NCBI GenBank assembly: GCA_050329935.1
Contig: JBHJOI010000027.1
Coordinates: forward strand, 15,270 to 79,269
Length of the DNA stretch: 64,000 nt
Direction: 5' to 3'
Source: Thiotrichales bacterium
Lineage (GTDB): Bacteria; Pseudomonadota; Gammaproteobacteria; UWMA-0217
Below, one piece after another: positions 10,706 through 22,658 of the stretch. The notes under the pieces are model-generated. The model did not search any database. It had not been told where the DNA came from and saw nothing but the letters and a program-made list of their open reading frames with translations. Position numbers and translations under genes: made by a program. Numbering within the stretch: the stretch's first letter is position 1; each line of letters opens with the position of its first letter.

Positions 10706-12075
10706 ACTGGTTGCGCTTGAGCGAGGTCGCCGCGATGCTGGGCCAGCCTCTGGTGGGCGAAGACGTGTGGGTGGATTCGGTCTCGACCGATACCCGAAAA
10801 GTTGCCGGAAACGAATTGTTTTTCGCCCTCAATGGGCCGCGTTTCGACGCACATTCGGTCCTCGAGCAGCCGGGAGTGCGGAGTTATGCCGGGCTGGTCG
10901 TATCGCGCCCGGTCAGTCACAAGGCGCCACAAATCATCGTGCCCGACACCCGTATCGCGCTGGGTCGGCTCGCCGCCGCGTGGCGAAATCAATTCCAGGG
11001 GCGGGTCGTGGGTTTGACCGGCAGCAACGGCAAAACCACGGTCAAGGAGATGATCGCCTCGATCACGGCCGTGACGCATGACGTGCTCTATACGCAGGGG
11101 AATCTCAATAATGACATCGGGGTTCCGCTCACGTTGCTGAGATTGAGGTCCCAACATGAGATCGCGGTGATCGAGATGGGGGCGAATCACGCCGGAGAGA
11201 TCGCCTATTTGACACAACTTGTGCGCCCCGATGTCGCGCTGGTGAACAACGCGGGACCCGCGCACCTTGAGGGGTTCGGTGACCTGGAGGGCGTGGCTCG
11301 CGCGAAGGGCGAGATCTACGGCGGATTGGGGCCAGACGGCGTCGCGGTGGTCAATGCCGACGATGTATTCGCGGATTACTGGACCGGGTTGAATGTCGGC
11401 CGGCGCGTGATCCGGTTTGGCAAGGCGCCGGACGCGGACGTGCGCCTGGTGGGCACGGATCCGTTGCGGTTGGTCGTCGGCGGCGCGGCGATTGAACTGA
11501 CGCTGCAGCTGGAAGGCTGGCATAACGCACTCAACGCGACGGCGGCCGCCGCAGTCGCGGTCGCGCTGGGCATGCCGAACGAAACCATTCGCGACGGACT
11601 TGCGCGCATGACCGCGTTCAAAGGCCGTCTGCGGATCGTACGCGGCTTGAATGGCGTGCAGTTGATCGACGACAGCTATAACGCGAATCCGGCCTCCGCA
11701 AAGGCGGCCGTGGACGTGCTGGCGCAGCGTGCCGGCGCGCGGATATTGGTACTCGGCGATATGGGTGAGTTGGGGCCATCGGCCGCGGCGTTGCATGCTG
11801 ACTTGGGCGCCTACGCGAAGGCGCGGGGCCTGGATCGCCTGTTTGGCTTCGGTGATCTGAGCGGCGCGGCGGTCGGTGCCTTTGGCGTGGGCGCCGAGCA
11901 CTTCGCCGAACTCGATTCCTTGATCGCCGCATTGAAGACGCTCGCGGCGCCCGATGTCGTGGCGCTCATCAAGGGCTCGCGCTCGATGCGGATGGACCGC
12001 GTGGTCGAGGCCCTGAAGGCCAGAATTCCTGTCGACGGCGCGGATGGCAACGGAGGCCACGAACATGTTGCTTGA
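10702..12075 (+). CDS. murF: UDP-N-acetylmuramoyl-tripeptide--D-alanyl-D-alanine ligase
   Basis: Mur ligase motifs [10 protein letters not shown]. Start placed at MNWLRLSEV by alignment with E. coli MurF; ATGA overlap with the murE stop. The ORF-track start at 10681 is probably an upstream extension. Confidence 0.92.
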   Translation: MNWLRLSEVAAMLGQPLVGEDVWVDSVSTDTRKVAGNELFFALNGPRFDAHSVLEQPGVRSYAGLVVSRPVSHKAPQIIVPDTRIALGRLAAAWRNQFQGRVVGLTGSNGKTTVKEMIASITAVTHDVLYTQGNLNNDIGVPLTLLRLRSQHEIAVIEMGANHAGEIAYLTQLVRPDVALVNNAGPAHLEGFGDLEGVARAKGEIYGGLGPDGVAVVNADDVFADYWTGLNVGRRVIRFGKAPDADVRLVGTDPLRLVVGGAAIELTLQLEGWHNALNATAAAAVAVALGMPNETIRDGLARMTAFKGRLRIVRGLNGVQLIDDSYNANPASAKAAVDVLAQRAGARILVLGDMGELGPSAAALHADLGAYAKARGLDRLFGFGDLSGAAVGAFGVGAEHFAELDSLIAALKTLAAPDVVALIKGSRSMRMDRVVEALKARIPVDGADGNGGHEHVA

Positions 12076-13147
12076 GCTGACGCGCTGGCTTACCCAATAC
12101 CTCGGCGCCTTTCGTGCGTTCGAGTTCATCACGATGCGGGTCATCATGGCGACGCTCACCGCGCTGGTGATATCGCTCTGGCTGGGGCCGGTCGTGATCC
12201 GCAAACTCACCGAATACAAGGTCGGACAGCAGGTCCGCAAGGACGGCCCGCAGAGCCACCTCGGCAAGGCCGGAACGCCGACGATGGGCGGCTTGCTGAT
12301 CCTGCTGTCGGTTGGCTTGTCCACCGTGCTGTGGAGCGATTTGAGCAATCGCTTCATGTGGGTGGTGTTGCTGGTGACGCTTGGCTTCGGTCTGGTCGGC
12401 GGCGTTGATGACTACCTGAAACTGCGCTACGGCAATTCCAAGGGATTGGCGCCGCGCGCGAAGATGCTGGGGCAGTCGCTGGTCGCCCTGACGGCCGCGG
12501 TATTTTTGTATATCACCGCGGCGAGTCCGCAAGAGACCACGCTGCTGATTCCCGTGTTCAAGGACTTCGGCTGGGAGATGGGGCTGCTGTTCATACCGTG
12601 GGCGTATTTCGTCATCGTGGGTTCGAGCAACGCGGTCAACCTCACGGACGGTCTGGACGGACTGGCGATCCTGCCTGCGGTGCTGGTCGGTGGCGCGCTG
12701 GGATTGATCGCGTACTTCACCGGGCATATCAAATTTGCCGAGTACCTGTCGATTCCGTATATCGCCGGGGTCGGTGAAATCACCGTCTTCACCGCGGCAC
12801 TGGTCGGCGCGGGGCTTGGGTTTCTTTGGTTCAACACATACCCGGCGCAGGTGTTCATGGGTGATATCGGCGCGTTGGCGTTGGGCGCGGCGCTCGGCAC
12901 GATCGCGGTGGTCACGCACCAGGAACTGGTGTTGGTGATCATGGGGGGCGTTTTTGTTCTGGAGACGGTCTCGGTGATCTTGCAGGTCGCTTCATTCAAG
13001 CTCACCGGTAAGCGAATCTTTCGCATGGCGCCAATACACCACCACTTTGAGCTCAAGGGTTGGCCGGAGCCGCGCGTTATTGTGCGGTTCTGGATCATTA
13101 CCGTGGTGTTGGTGCTGGTTGGCTTGGCTACGTTGAAGGTGCGCTGA
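12065..13147 (+). CDS. mraY: Phospho-N-acetylmuramoyl-pentapeptide transferase
   Basis: About 360 aa polytopic membrane protein. [26 protein letters not shown] aligns with E. coli MraY [27 protein letters not shown]. Start chosen by that alignment (ORF-track start is 12044). Confidence 0.92.
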   Translation: MLLELTRWLTQYLGAFRAFEFITMRVIMATLTALVISLWLGPVVIRKLTEYKVGQQVRKDGPQSHLGKAGTPTMGGLLILLSVGLSTVLWSDLSNRFMWVVLLVTLGFGLVGGVDDYLKLRYGNSKGLAPRAKMLGQSLVALTAAVFLYITAASPQETTLLIPVFKDFGWEMGLLFIPWAYFVIVGSSNAVNLTDGLDGLAILPAVLVGGALGLIAYFTGHIKFAEYLSIPYIAGVGEITVFTAALVGAGLGFLWFNTYPAQVFMGDIGALALGAALGTIAVVTHQELVLVIMGGVFVLETVSVILQVASFKLTGKRIFRMAPIHHHFELKGWPEPRVIVRFWIITVVLVLVGLATLKVR

Positions 13148-14523
13148 TGAACGGAATGGCTCTTTCGACCTCGCCGTCGCTGGATCAAAACCGACCATGG
13201 TTGGTGTTCGGGATGGGTGGAACCGGCCGCTCGGTTGCGCGCTTTCTGCGCCACCAGGGCATTCCGTGCGTGCTCGGCGATAGCCGCGCCGATGCACGGC
13301 TCGAACGCGAACTGCGCGCCGAGTTTCCAGGTGCGGAACTGCGGCTCGGTGACTGCGAAGCGGAGGATTGGTCGCGGTATGGCCGCGTGATTCTGAGTCC
13401 GGGCGTGCCGCGGGCGCTCGCATGCGTGCAACAGGCCATTGCCGGCGGCGTCGAGGTGGTCGGCGACATCGAGTTATTCGCGCGGATCGCGACGGCGCCG
13501 GTGGTTGCCGTGACAGGATCGAACGGCAAGAGCACGGTCGTCCACCTGCTGTGGAAGATGACTCAGGCCGCGGGCTGGGATGGCGCGCTTGGCGGCAATT
13601 TCGGCACGCCCGCGCTCGATCTGTTGAAGACACCGGAGGCCGAGGTGTATGTGCTCGAGCTGTCGAGTTTCCAGCTTGAGTCCACCTATTCGCTGCGTTC
13701 GGCGGTCGCGACGATTCTTAATATCAGCGAGGACCACCTCGACCGTTATCCCGATATCGAGCACTACGCCGCGGCGAAGGGGCGCATATTCGACGGCGCG
13801 CGCAAACTCGTCGTCAATCGCGACGACCCTCGGGTGATGGCGCTGATTCCGGCGGGGCGCGAATTCGTGAGTTTCGGATTGGACGTACCGGCGTCTGGAC
13901 AGTTCGGTCTGCGTATCGCGGACGCGGCGCATCAATGGCTTGCGAAGGGTGACGTCTCGCTGCTGCCGATCGCGGAACTTCGATTGTACGGGCGTCACAA
14001 TCTCGCCAATGCGCTTGCGGCGCTCGCGCTGGGCGAGGCGATCGGTTTACCGCTCGCGGCGATGCTCGAGGCCTTGCGTCAGTACGCCGGATTGCCCCAC
14101 CGCACCCAGTGGGTTAGGGAGCTTGGCGGCGTGACTTGGCTGAACGATTCCAAAGCCACCAACGTCGGCGCGACGGTCGCGGCACTCAAGGGCTTGGCCA
14201 ATCCGGTCATTCTCCTCGCGGGAGGACAGGGCAAGGGGCAGGACTTCGGCCTATTGCGCGAGGCCGTGGCTGCTCACGCGCGGGCGGTGTTGTTGTTCGG
14301 CGAAGACGCGCCGAAACTCGAGCGCGCGCTGGCCGGTGCGAGTGAGCTGCGTCGGGTACCCTCCCTGGTGGAAGCTGTGAGCATGGCGCATGCCTTGGCA
14401 GAGTCGGGTGACTACGTATTGCTGTCGCCGGCCTGTGCGAGCTTCGATATGTTTACTGGCTATGCGCAACGCGGCGATCGTTTCGCCGCGCTGGTGAACG
14501 AGTTGCAGGGAGGCGGCGCTTGA
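13147..14523 (+). CDS. murD: UDP-N-acetylmuramoylalanine--D-glutamate ligase
   Basis: GSNGKST P-loop. Start set at the ATG overlapping the mraY stop (TGATG), 458 aa; the ORF-track start at 13060 lies inside mraY. Confidence 0.92.
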   Translation: MNGMALSTSPSLDQNRPWLVFGMGGTGRSVARFLRHQGIPCVLGDSRADARLERELRAEFPGAELRLGDCEAEDWSRYGRVILSPGVPRALACVQQAIAGGVEVVGDIELFARIATAPVVAVTGSNGKSTVVHLLWKMTQAAGWDGALGGNFGTPALDLLKTPEAEVYVLELSSFQLESTYSLRSAVATILNISEDHLDRYPDIEHYAAAKGRIFDGARKLVVNRDDPRVMALIPAGREFVSFGLDVPASGQFGLRIADAAHQWLAKGDVSLLPIAELRLYGRHNLANALAALALGEAIGLPLAAMLEALRQYAGLPHRTQWVRELGGVTWLNDSKATNVGATVAALKGLANPVILLAGGQGKGQDFGLLREAVAAHARAVLLFGEDAPKLERALAGASELRRVPSLVEAVSMAHALAESGDYVLLSPACASFDMFTGYAQRGDRFAALVNELQGGGA

Positions 14524-15719
14524 TGCAGGCAACCCGACACTTGACTGACGCGCTCACGATCCAGTTGCGACAGCGGCTGGATATTGGACTCATGCTGGTC
14601 GCGGCGGCGCTGCTCGCGCTCGGCCTGATCATGGTTGGATCCGCGGCGATTGGTATCTCGGACCAAAACTTTTCCAATCCCTACCATTACCTGACGCGTC
14701 AGGTGATCTACGTTGCCATTGGGCTGTTCGCGGCGTACCTCGCATATGAACTGCCGCTGCAACTCTGGGAAGTGGCCGGCGTGATCTTGCTGGCGTTTAT
14801 CTTCTTCCTTCTGATCGCGGTGCTGGTGCCGGGCGTCGGGCGTACCGTGAATGGCGCGACCCGCTGGATCAACCTGGGTCCGACGGTACTCCAGGTCTCC
14901 GAACTCGCGAAGCTGTTGATGATTCTTTACATGGCCGGATACATCGTGCGCCATGGGCAAGACGTCCGCGGGAGTCTGGTCGGTTTCCTGAAGCCCATGC
15001 TTGTGGCCGCGCTGGTGTCGGCGCTATTGCTTGCGCAACCGGATTATGGCGCGGCCGCGGTGATTGTCGCGGTCATTATGGGATTGTTGTTCCTCGGAGG
15101 CGTTCGTCTTTCCCACTTTGTCGCGCTGATTCTGGTCGCTGGCACCGCCTTTGCCGTGCTCGCGATTACCTCATCGTATCGACTGCAGCGGTTGATGACG
15201 TTCGCCGATCCCTGGGCAGATCCGTTCAATACCGGATTCCAGTTGACCCAATCTTTGATCGCGATCGGGAGCGGATCGTGGTTCGGTGTTGGTCTCGGCG
15301 CCAGCATTCAGAAGCTGTTTTATCTGCCCGAGGCACACAATGACTTCGTGTTCGCCATTCTCGCCGAGGAACTGGGCTTTGTCGGCGTGAGCGTGGTGCT
15401 GATGCTGTTTACCTACACCGTTTGGCGGGCGTTCGCGATCGGCTCGACCGCGGAACGCACGGGTCATCTGTATGGCGCCTTGGTGGCGTATGGCGTCGGC
15501 TTGTGGATCGCGATTCAGGTGTTCGTCAATATCGGGGTGAACATGGGCATCCTGCCGACCAAGGGCCTGACCTTGCCGTTCATGAGCGCAGGCGGGAGTA
15601 GCGTGGTGGCGATGTGCATCGGGCTTGGCCTGGTGTTGCGAGTGCATCGCGAAGTGCACGATCTCACGCTCAGAAACGGTGGCTCGAGCGCCTGGATCGC
15701 GCGCGGAGGTCGGACGTGA
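14520..15719 (+). CDS. ftsW: Peptidoglycan glycosyltransferase FtsW (SEDS family)
   Basis: 399 aa, 10-TM SEDS protein at the conserved dcw position. Confidence 0.93.
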   Translation: MMQATRHLTDALTIQLRQRLDIGLMLVAAALLALGLIMVGSAAIGISDQNFSNPYHYLTRQVIYVAIGLFAAYLAYELPLQLWEVAGVILLAFIFFLLIAVLVPGVGRTVNGATRWINLGPTVLQVSELAKLLMILYMAGYIVRHGQDVRGSLVGFLKPMLVAALVSALLLAQPDYGAAAVIVAVIMGLLFLGGVRLSHFVALILVAGTAFAVLAITSSYRLQRLMTFADPWADPFNTGFQLTQSLIAIGSGSWFGVGLGASIQKLFYLPEAHNDFVFAILAEELGFVGVSVVLMLFTYTVWRAFAIGSTAERTGHLYGALVAYGVGLWIAIQVFVNIGVNMGILPTKGLTLPFMSAGGSSVVAMCIGLGLVLRVHREVHDLTLRNGGSSAWIARGGRT

Positions 15720-16849
15720 TTGCGCAGCGCGGATCAGGTCCGGTCATGATCATGGCAGGCGGAACGGGTGGCCACATCTTTCCGGCGTTGGCGGTCGCGG
15801 ATGAATTGCGGCGTCGCGGCGTACCGGTGGTGTGGCTCGGCTCACGCGGCAAGATGGAGGCCCGGATTGTACCGACGCATGGCTATGAACTGGTTGAACT
15901 GAGCATCTCGGGTCTGCGTGGTTCGGATTTGAAGACGCGCATGCTGGCGCCGATGCGGCTGCTGCGGGCCGTCGCGCAGGCCGTGACGGTGATGCGGCGA
16001 TACCGGCCGCGCGCGGTGCTCGGCATGGGCGGGTTCGCGGCGGGGCCTGGCGGTCTCGCAGCCGCGTTGCTGAGGATTCCCCTGATCATTCACGAGCAAA
16101 ACGCGATTCCTGGGATGACCAATCGTTGGCTGGCGCGGCTTGCGACGCAGGTGTTCGAGGGCTTTCCGGAGAGCTTTAGGCGGGTGCGTCTGAACCGCGA
16201 GGTTCGCCATACCGGCAATCCGCTACGTAGTGAACTGCTCGCGCTGACACCGGCGAGCGCACGCCTGTCCGAGAGTCGCGGTCCTTTACGCCTCTTTGTG
16301 ATCGGCGGCAGCCTGGGTGCGTTGAAGCTCAATCAGACCGTGCCGCGTGCATTGGCGCTGTTGCCGCCCGAGACGCGTCCTGAAGTGTGGCATCAGAGCG
16401 GCGAGCGGCATTTGGATGCCACGCGCCAGCTGTACGCCGATGCGGGCGTGGCGGCACGCGTCGACGCCTTTCTGAATTCGATGGCGGCACCTTATACCTG
16501 GACGGATCTGGTGCTCGCGCGTGCCGGCGCGCTCACGATCGCGGAATTGGCGCAATGTGGCCTGCCCGCCGTGCTGGTGCCTTATCCCCACGCGGTCGAT
16601 GACCATCAAACCGCGAATGCACAGTTACTGGTTGCCCGGGGCGCCGCGGTGCTCATTCCGGATATTGAGTTGACGCCCGAGCGCTTGGCCGCGGTGTTGT
16701 TCGATCTCAACCGGGACCGCGCGGACTTGTTGCGGATGAGTGAGGCCAGCCAAGGTCTGAGCCGGCCCGAGGCGGCGCACGTCATCGCCGACGCCTTGGT
16801 GGGCGCGAATCGAGAAATCGCGATTAAGCTGCGGGAGGTGACGTCGTGA
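15716..16849 (+). CDS. murG: UDP-N-acetylglucosamine--N-acetylmuramyl-(pentapeptide) pyrophosphoryl-undecaprenol N-acetylglucosamine transferase
   Basis: [21 protein letters not shown] is the MurG N-terminus. GTG at 15716 overlaps the ftsW stop (GTGA); an alternative ATG is at 15746. The ORF-track start at 15614 lies inside ftsW. Confidence 0.9.
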   Translation: MIAQRGSGPVMIMAGGTGGHIFPALAVADELRRRGVPVVWLGSRGKMEARIVPTHGYELVELSISGLRGSDLKTRMLAPMRLLRAVAQAVTVMRRYRPRAVLGMGGFAAGPGGLAAALLRIPLIIHEQNAIPGMTNRWLARLATQVFEGFPESFRRVRLNREVRHTGNPLRSELLALTPASARLSESRGPLRLFVIGGSLGALKLNQTVPRALALLPPETRPEVWHQSGERHLDATRQLYADAGVAARVDAFLNSMAAPYTWTDLVLARAGALTIAELAQCGLPAVLVPYPHAVDDHQTANAQLLVARGAAVLIPDIELTPERLAAVLFDLNRDRADLLRMSEASQGLSRPEAAHVIADALVGANREIAIKLREVTS

Positions 16850-18273
16850 GACCTTATTCTGAAATTGGACTCGCCCACCGTATTGGACGGCTGCATTTCG
16901 TGGGCATTGGTGGTTCGGGGATGGGCGGCATCGCCGAGGTGTTCCTGAACTTGGGTTACCAGGTCAGCGGATCCGATCTCGCAGAAAACGCGGTCACACG
17001 GCGGTTGCAGGAGCTGGGCGCGACCGTGTCGCGCGCGCATCAGGCGGAGCAGGTCGAAGGCGCCAGCGTGGTGGTCGTCTCCAGTGCGATCGACGAAGCC
17101 AACCCAGAAATTCGGGCCGCGCGCACCGCCCGCATTCCGGTGATCCCGCGCGCCGAGATGTTGGCCGAATTGATGCGCTTTCGCGAAGGTATCGCGATCG
17201 CGGGTACTCATGGCAAGACGACGACCACGAGTCTGGTCGCCAGCATTCTGGCGGAGGGTGGGTTGGACCCAACGTTCGTGATCGGTGGGCGTCTCAACAG
17301 CACCGCGAGTCACTCGCGGCTGGGCAATGGTCGCTATCTGGTCGCGGAAGCGGACGAGAGCGATGCGTCGTTCTTGTATTTGCAGCCGATTCTGGCGGTC
17401 GTGACCAACATCGACGCCGACCACCTCGCGACCTACGACGGCGACATGGGCCGGTTGAAGCAGGTTTTTGTCGATTTTCTGCACCATTTGCCGTTCTACG
17501 GCTTGGCAGTACTGTGTGTCGACGATGCGGGCGTGCGCGAGATTCTGCCGCAAGTAACCCGACCGATCATCACTTATGGGATTGAACGTGCCGCCGACGT
17601 GCGCGCGCACTCAATCGAATTCGCTGGCTTAGGCTCGCGCTTCAGTGTCGCGATCGCCGGGCGCGAGAGCGAGCTCGAAATCGAGCTCAATACCCCCGGG
17701 CGCCATAACGTGCTGAATGCGCTTGCCGCGATCGCAATCGCGGTCCAGGTAGGTTTGTCGGACCAAGTAATTCAACGTGCACTGGGCCAGTTCAGTGGCG
17801 TGGGGCGGCGCTTCCAGGTCTACGGCGATTATTCGATCACGCGGCGCGGGGTGACTTTGGTGGACGATTACGGTCACCATCCCACGGAGGTAGCGGCGAC
17901 GATCGCGGCGTTGCGCGCGGTTTGGCCGGCTCGCCGCTGCGTCATGGTTTTTCAGCCGCACCGCTACACCCGAACACGCGACCTGTTTGACGAGTTTGTG
18001 TCGGTACTGGCGACCGCGGATGTGTTGGTTTTGCTCGATGTCTACGCGGCAAGCGAGCAGCCGATTCAGGGTGTGGATAGTCAGGCGCTCGCGGCCGCGA
18101 TTCGCGCGCGTGGTGGGATTGCGCCGATCAACGTCGGAAACCACTCTGATCTGTTTGCGGTGCTCGACGGCTTGTTGCAGGACGGCGATGTCATTCTGAC
18201 CCAGGGGGCCGGAAACGTAGGCGCGTTGGCCGCGGAACTTGCGCAACGCCTGGCGGTGGAGGGGGGTGCTTGA
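16846..18273 (+). CDS. murC: UDP-N-acetylmuramate--L-alanine ligase
   Basis: 475 aa. [16 protein letters not shown] and [10 protein letters not shown] motifs. Confidence 0.95.
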   Translation: MRPYSEIGLAHRIGRLHFVGIGGSGMGGIAEVFLNLGYQVSGSDLAENAVTRRLQELGATVSRAHQAEQVEGASVVVVSSAIDEANPEIRAARTARIPVIPRAEMLAELMRFREGIAIAGTHGKTTTTSLVASILAEGGLDPTFVIGGRLNSTASHSRLGNGRYLVAEADESDASFLYLQPILAVVTNIDADHLATYDGDMGRLKQVFVDFLHHLPFYGLAVLCVDDAGVREILPQVTRPIITYGIERAADVRAHSIEFAGLGSRFSVAIAGRESELEIELNTPGRHNVLNALAAIAIAVQVGLSDQVIQRALGQFSGVGRRFQVYGDYSITRRGVTLVDDYGHHPTEVAATIAALRAVWPARRCVMVFQPHRYTRTRDLFDEFVSVLATADVLVLLDVYAASEQPIQGVDSQALAAAIRARGGIAPINVGNHSDLFAVLDGLLQDGDVILTQGAGNVGALAAELAQRLAVEGGA

Positions 18274-19211
18274 CCATGGCGATGCCGGAACAGTTTGGTC
18301 GTGTCGCCGTGCTGATGGGCGGTTGGTCGTCGGAGCGCGAGGTTTCGCTGGTGAGCGGGCAGGCGGTGCTGGCGGGATTGCTGGCTGGCGGCGTCGACGC
18401 GCATGGGATCGACGTGGGTCGAGATATCGACCAGCGGTTGCGGGCGGGTACTTACGATCGCGTATTCAATGTAGTGCATGGAACCGGTGGTGAGGATGGC
18501 GTTTTGCAGGGCGTGCTCGAGCTGCTGCAACTGCCGTACACGGGTAGCGGCGTGACCGCTTCGGCGCTCAGCATGGATAAGATGTTGACCAAACGCATTT
18601 GGCGTTCGGCCGGGCTGCCGACCCCGAACTTCATGCGTTTGAATGCCGATTCCGATTGGGACGCGGTCGCCAAGGCGTTGGGTCTGCCGGTTGTGGTCAA
18701 GCCGTCCGCCGAGGGATCCAGCATCGGCGTCGCGATCGTCGAGCGCGCCGGGGACTTGCCGCAAGCGTACGCGAACGCCGCGCTGACGGGTGGCTTGGTG
18801 ATGGCCGAACAATTTATCGAAGGCGAGGAGCTCACCTGCGGCATTCTCGATGGCGAAGCGCTGCCGTTGATTCGGGTAGCCGCGAGCCAGCGCTTTTATG
18901 ATTATCACGCGAAATACGTAGCCGACGACACGGAATACCGCTGCCCCGCGGGGCTGGACGATGCCGTTGAGGCGGCGATTCGACAATTGAGTCTCCAAGC
19001 GTTCGAGGTGCTCGGCGCCGCCGGCTGGGGCCGCGTGGATTGCTTTCGCGATCGCGCGGGCAAGGTGTGGTTGATCGAGCTCAATACCGTCCCAGGCATG
19101 ACGAGTCACAGTCTGGTGCCCAAGGCGGCCGCGGTCGCTGGGATCGATTTCAATACCCTGGTGCGCCGCATTCTAGCGACCAGTCTTTGCCGCGATCGGA
19201 GGTTGCCGTGA
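18270..19211 (+). CDS. ddl: D-alanine--D-alanine ligase
   Basis: 313 aa, ATP-grasp fold. [20 protein letters not shown]-terminus typical of DdlB. Confidence 0.95.
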   Translation: MTMAMPEQFGRVAVLMGGWSSEREVSLVSGQAVLAGLLAGGVDAHGIDVGRDIDQRLRAGTYDRVFNVVHGTGGEDGVLQGVLELLQLPYTGSGVTASALSMDKMLTKRIWRSAGLPTPNFMRLNADSDWDAVAKALGLPVVVKPSAEGSSIGVAIVERAGDLPQAYANAALTGGLVMAEQFIEGEELTCGILDGEALPLIRVAASQRFYDYHAKYVADDTEYRCPAGLDDAVEAAIRQLSLQAFEVLGAAGWGRVDCFRDRAGKVWLIELNTVPGMTSHSLVPKAAAVAGIDFNTLVRRILATSLCRDRRLP

Positions 19212-20056
19212 ACCGCCGCCCGAGTGCGGCCCGGCGTCGACCGAAAGCGAGCTTTCGGCAACGCCATCTGCAACGTTGGCAACAATTGCGGCAGGTATGG
19301 CAGGACGTGCGGCCGCTGCTTTCCAAGCTGGGTGTGCTCGCCATCGTGCTGGTATTCGGGCTGGCCGGGATGCGGGTGTACCAGTGGACTCAACGCCCAA
19401 CGACCTTGCCGTTCAAGCATGTGCAGGTCCGCGGCGAAATCGACCGTATTGATACCGAGCGTCTGCGCGCCACCCTGGCCGAAAACGTCAAGGCAGGCTT
19501 TTTCAGCCAGGATCTTGCGGTGCTTCAGCGCAAGCTCGAGGCCCTGCCATGGGTGCATCGCGTCGCGCTGCGGCGTATCTGGCCCAACCGGTTGTTGGTC
19601 GTGCTCGAGGAGCAGCATCCGATCGCACGTTGGGGCGAGAGCGGTCTGCTCAATCGTCACGGCGAGGTGTTTGCCGTGGCGCTGGCGGAGATTCCACAGA
19701 CGCTGCCGAAGATCTCTGGTCGCCCGGGTCGTGAGCACGAACTGATTCAGGAGTTCATCGTCGCCGACCAGATATTGCAGGGCCTCGGTCTGTCTCTCGT
19801 TGAACTTCAGGAGGATGCGCGCCTCGATCAGCGGCTTGTGCTGCGCGAAGGCATGCATCTGGCCTTGGGGCGCAAGAACCGGCAGGAACGTCTGCAACGT
19901 TTCGCCGAAGTCTATCGATCAACCCTATCGCCGTTCATCGCGCGTATCGCTGGGCTGGATTTACGTTACGCCAACGGTTTCGCGGTGCGCTGGCGGGAGC
20001 AGGATGCCGCGCTGCGGGCGATGGGTAAGCAACATGGATCGCCGAATAATGTCTAG
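19208..20056 (+). CDS. ftsQ: Cell division protein FtsQ
   Basis: POTRA/FtsQ-type protein with an N-terminal TM helix (LGVLAIVLVFGLAGM). Start placed at the GTG overlapping the ddl stop (GTGA), 282 aa; the ORF-track start 19040 lies inside ddl. Confidence 0.85.
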   Translation: MNRRPSAARRRPKASFRQRHLQRWQQLRQVWQDVRPLLSKLGVLAIVLVFGLAGMRVYQWTQRPTTLPFKHVQVRGEIDRIDTERLRATLAENVKAGFFSQDLAVLQRKLEALPWVHRVALRRIWPNRLLVVLEEQHPIARWGESGLLNRHGEVFAVALAEIPQTLPKISGRPGREHELIQEFIVADQILQGLGLSLVELQEDARLDQRLVLREGMHLALGRKNRQERLQRFAEVYRSTLSPFIARIAGLDLRYANGFAVRWREQDAALRAMGKQHGSPNNV

Positions 20057-21278
20057 AAAGCAGCAACAAAACGAAATGATCGTGGGTCTCGATATCGGTA
20101 CCTCGAAGGTTGTCGCCATCGTCGGCGAGATCAACCCGGAGGGCGAAGTCGAGATCATCGGTTTGGGCTCGCACCCGTCGCGCGGCCTTAAGAAAGGGGT
20201 TGTGGTCAACATCGAGTCAACGGTGGAGTCCATCAAGCGGGCAGTCGAGGAGGCCGAGTTAATGGCCGACTGTCAGGTTCATAGCGTCTACGCGGGCATT
20301 GCGGGCAATCATATCCGTAGCCTCAATTCTCACGGCATGGTCGCGATCAAGGATAAGCGAGAGGTCTCGATGAGCGACGTAGAGCGCGTCATCGATGCCG
20401 CGCGCGCGGTTGCGATCCCCGCGGAGCAGAAGATTCTGCACATCCTGCCGCAGGAGTTCGTGATCGATCAGCAGGAAGGTATTCGTGAGCCGATCGGGAT
20501 GTCGGGTATCCGCCTCGATGCCAAGGTTCACTTGGTGACCGCCGCCGACAGCGCAGTGCAGAACATCGAAAAGTGCGTGCGTCGCTGCGGGCTCGAGGTC
20601 GACGACATCATTCTGGAGCAACTGGCGTCAAGTTACTCGGTGCTGACGGACGACGAAAAGGAGCTCGGCGTTTGCTTGATCGACATCGGTGGAGGTACGA
20701 CCGACATCGCGGTATTCACCGATGGCGCAATCCGTTACACCTCGGTCATCCCGATTGCCGGCGACCAGGTAACCAACGATATCGCGGTCGCGATGCGCAC
20801 GCCGACGCAGTCCGCCGAGGATATCAAGATTAAGTACGCCTGCGCCTTAAAGCAGCTGGCACATCCCGATGAAAGCATCGAGGTCCCGAGTGTCGGCGAC
20901 CGCGCCAGTCGTCGGTTGTCGCGACAAACGCTCGCGAGCGTCGTCGAGCCACGCTACGAGGAATTGTTGAGCCTGGTGCATACCGAGCTCAAGCAGAGCG
21001 GGTTTCTGGAATTGCTGGGCGCCGGGGTCGTTTTGACCGGTGGCTCGGCACGAATGGATGGCGCTATCGAGTTGGCCGAGGAGGTGTTTCACATGCCGGT
21101 GCGACTGGGACTGCCCCAGCATGTGAAAGGGCTGGTGGAGGTGGTGCGTAATCCAATCTACGCGACCGGGGTCGGACTGTTGCTCTATGGGCTCCAAAGC
21201 CGACGCAGCGCGCGCCACGATGCGCCCCGGCGTGAATCACTGCGGGCGCGATTGAAACGATGGTTAAGCGGCTTGTAA
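20049..21278 (+). CDS. ftsA: Cell division protein FtsA
   Basis: MSRKQQQNEMIVGLDIGTSKVVAIVGE aligns with E. coli FtsA MIKATDRKLVVGLEIGTAKVAALVGE; actin-like ATPase, 410 aa. The ORF-track start 19800 overlaps ftsQ. Confidence 0.92.
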   Translation: MSRKQQQNEMIVGLDIGTSKVVAIVGEINPEGEVEIIGLGSHPSRGLKKGVVVNIESTVESIKRAVEEAELMADCQVHSVYAGIAGNHIRSLNSHGMVAIKDKREVSMSDVERVIDAARAVAIPAEQKILHILPQEFVIDQQEGIREPIGMSGIRLDAKVHLVTAADSAVQNIEKCVRRCGLEVDDIILEQLASSYSVLTDDEKELGVCLIDIGGGTTDIAVFTDGAIRYTSVIPIAGDQVTNDIAVAMRTPTQSAEDIKIKYACALKQLAHPDESIEVPSVGDRASRRLSRQTLASVVEPRYEELLSLVHTELKQSGFLELLGAGVVLTGGSARMDGAIELAEEVFHMPVRLGLPQHVKGLVEVVRNPIYATGVGLLLYGLQSRRSARHDAPRRESLRARLKRWLSGL

Positions 21279-21310
21279 CGCATATGAAAGGTAACTTGGA
21301 GGGTAAGTGA

Positions 21311-22510
21311 ATGTTTGAATTAGTTGAGTCTTATCAGCATGGCGCGGTGATCAAGGTCATCGGTCTCGGTGGTGGCGGCGGAAACGCCGTGCAACACATG
21401 GTGCAAAGCAATCTGGAGGGCGTCGAGTTCATCTGCGCGAATACGGACGCGCAGGCGTTGAAGAAAACCAACGCCAAGACCACGATCCAGTTGGGTTCGA
21501 ATATGACAAAGGGGCTAGGCGCCGGCGCCAATCCCGATATCGGACGGCAATCGGCGCTGGATGATCGTGAGCGCATCGAGGATGTGATTAAGGGAGCTGA
21601 CATGTTGTTCATCACCGCGGGGATGGGTGGTGGAACGGGCACCGGCGCAGCGCCGGTGGTCGCCGAGATCGCTCGGGACATGGGGATACTGACCGTCGCC
21701 GTTGTCACGCGTCCGTTTCCGTTCGAGGGTGGCAAGCGCTCAATGGTGGCCGAGAAAGGGATCCAAGAGCTGTCGCGGGGCGTCGATTCGTTGATCACAA
21801 TTCCGAATGAAAAGCTCTTGTCCGTTTACGGCAAGAACATTTCACTGCTGGATGCGTTTAACAAGGCCAACGATGTCCTATTGGGCGCGGTCCAGGGTAT
21901 TTCAGAATTGATCACCCGGCCGGGGCTCATCAACGTGGATTTCGCCGACGTGCGGACCGTCATGTCAGAGATGGGTATGGCGATGATGGGGACCGGTGCC
22001 GCGCACGGACCGGAACGCGCCCGCGAAGCGGCCGAGGCGGCCATTTCGTCGCCGTTGCTGGAAGACATCGACATTCGCGGCGCGCGGGGCATTCTGGTGA
22101 ACGTGACCGCCGGGATGGACATGTCGATTGGTGAGTTCGACGAGGTCGGTCAAGTCGTGCGCGATTTCGCCTCGGACGATGCGACGATCGTCGTCGGCAC
22201 CGTCATTGACCCCGACATGTCCGGGGAACTGCGCGTGACTGTTGTCGCTACCGGTCTCAACCAGTTCGCCTCGGAGCAGAAACCGCTGCCGCAGATGAGT
22301 CAGCAAGCCGAACCGCGTCCCGTGCGCCTCGTCGCGGGGCAGCCGCGAGCGGGGAGCGTGCCGGTTGGATATGACGTGGGACGGTCCGCCGTCACGCGGT
22401 CGCGATCCGCGGCGAGCGACGGTTCACGCGGCGCGAAACGCTTGGACGCGAAGGAGATAGATCTCGATGTGCTTGATATCCCCGCTTTTTTGCGGAGACA
22501 AGCTGACTGA
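21311..22510 (+). CDS. ftsZ: Cell division GTPase FtsZ
   Basis: 399 aa. Tubulin signature GGGTGTG and [14 protein letters not shown]; GGAGGG Shine-Dalgarno upstream. Confidence 0.97.
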   Translation: MFELVESYQHGAVIKVIGLGGGGGNAVQHMVQSNLEGVEFICANTDAQALKKTNAKTTIQLGSNMTKGLGAGANPDIGRQSALDDRERIEDVIKGADMLFITAGMGGGTGTGAAPVVAEIARDMGILTVAVVTRPFPFEGGKRSMVAEKGIQELSRGVDSLITIPNEKLLSVYGKNISLLDAFNKANDVLLGAVQGISELITRPGLINVDFADVRTVMSEMGMAMMGTGAAHGPERAREAAEAAISSPLLEDIDIRGARGILVNVTAGMDMSIGEFDEVGQVVRDFASDDATIVVGTVIDPDMSGELRVTVVATGLNQFASEQKPLPQMSQQAEPRPVRLVAGQPRAGSVPVGYDVGRSAVTRSRSAASDGSRGAKRLDAKEIDLDVLDIPAFLRRQAD

Positions 22511-22658
22511 TTGTGGTATTTAAGTCACATGCTGTTGCCGCTAAAGTGGCAATTTGGCTACAGTTGTGTGAAAATACAACTAAGGCACAGGTTGTCCTGG
22601 GAGGATCTACCATGGAGAATCCCAGGGTTTAGTCCATTGACCGCTACGGCAGGATTGC

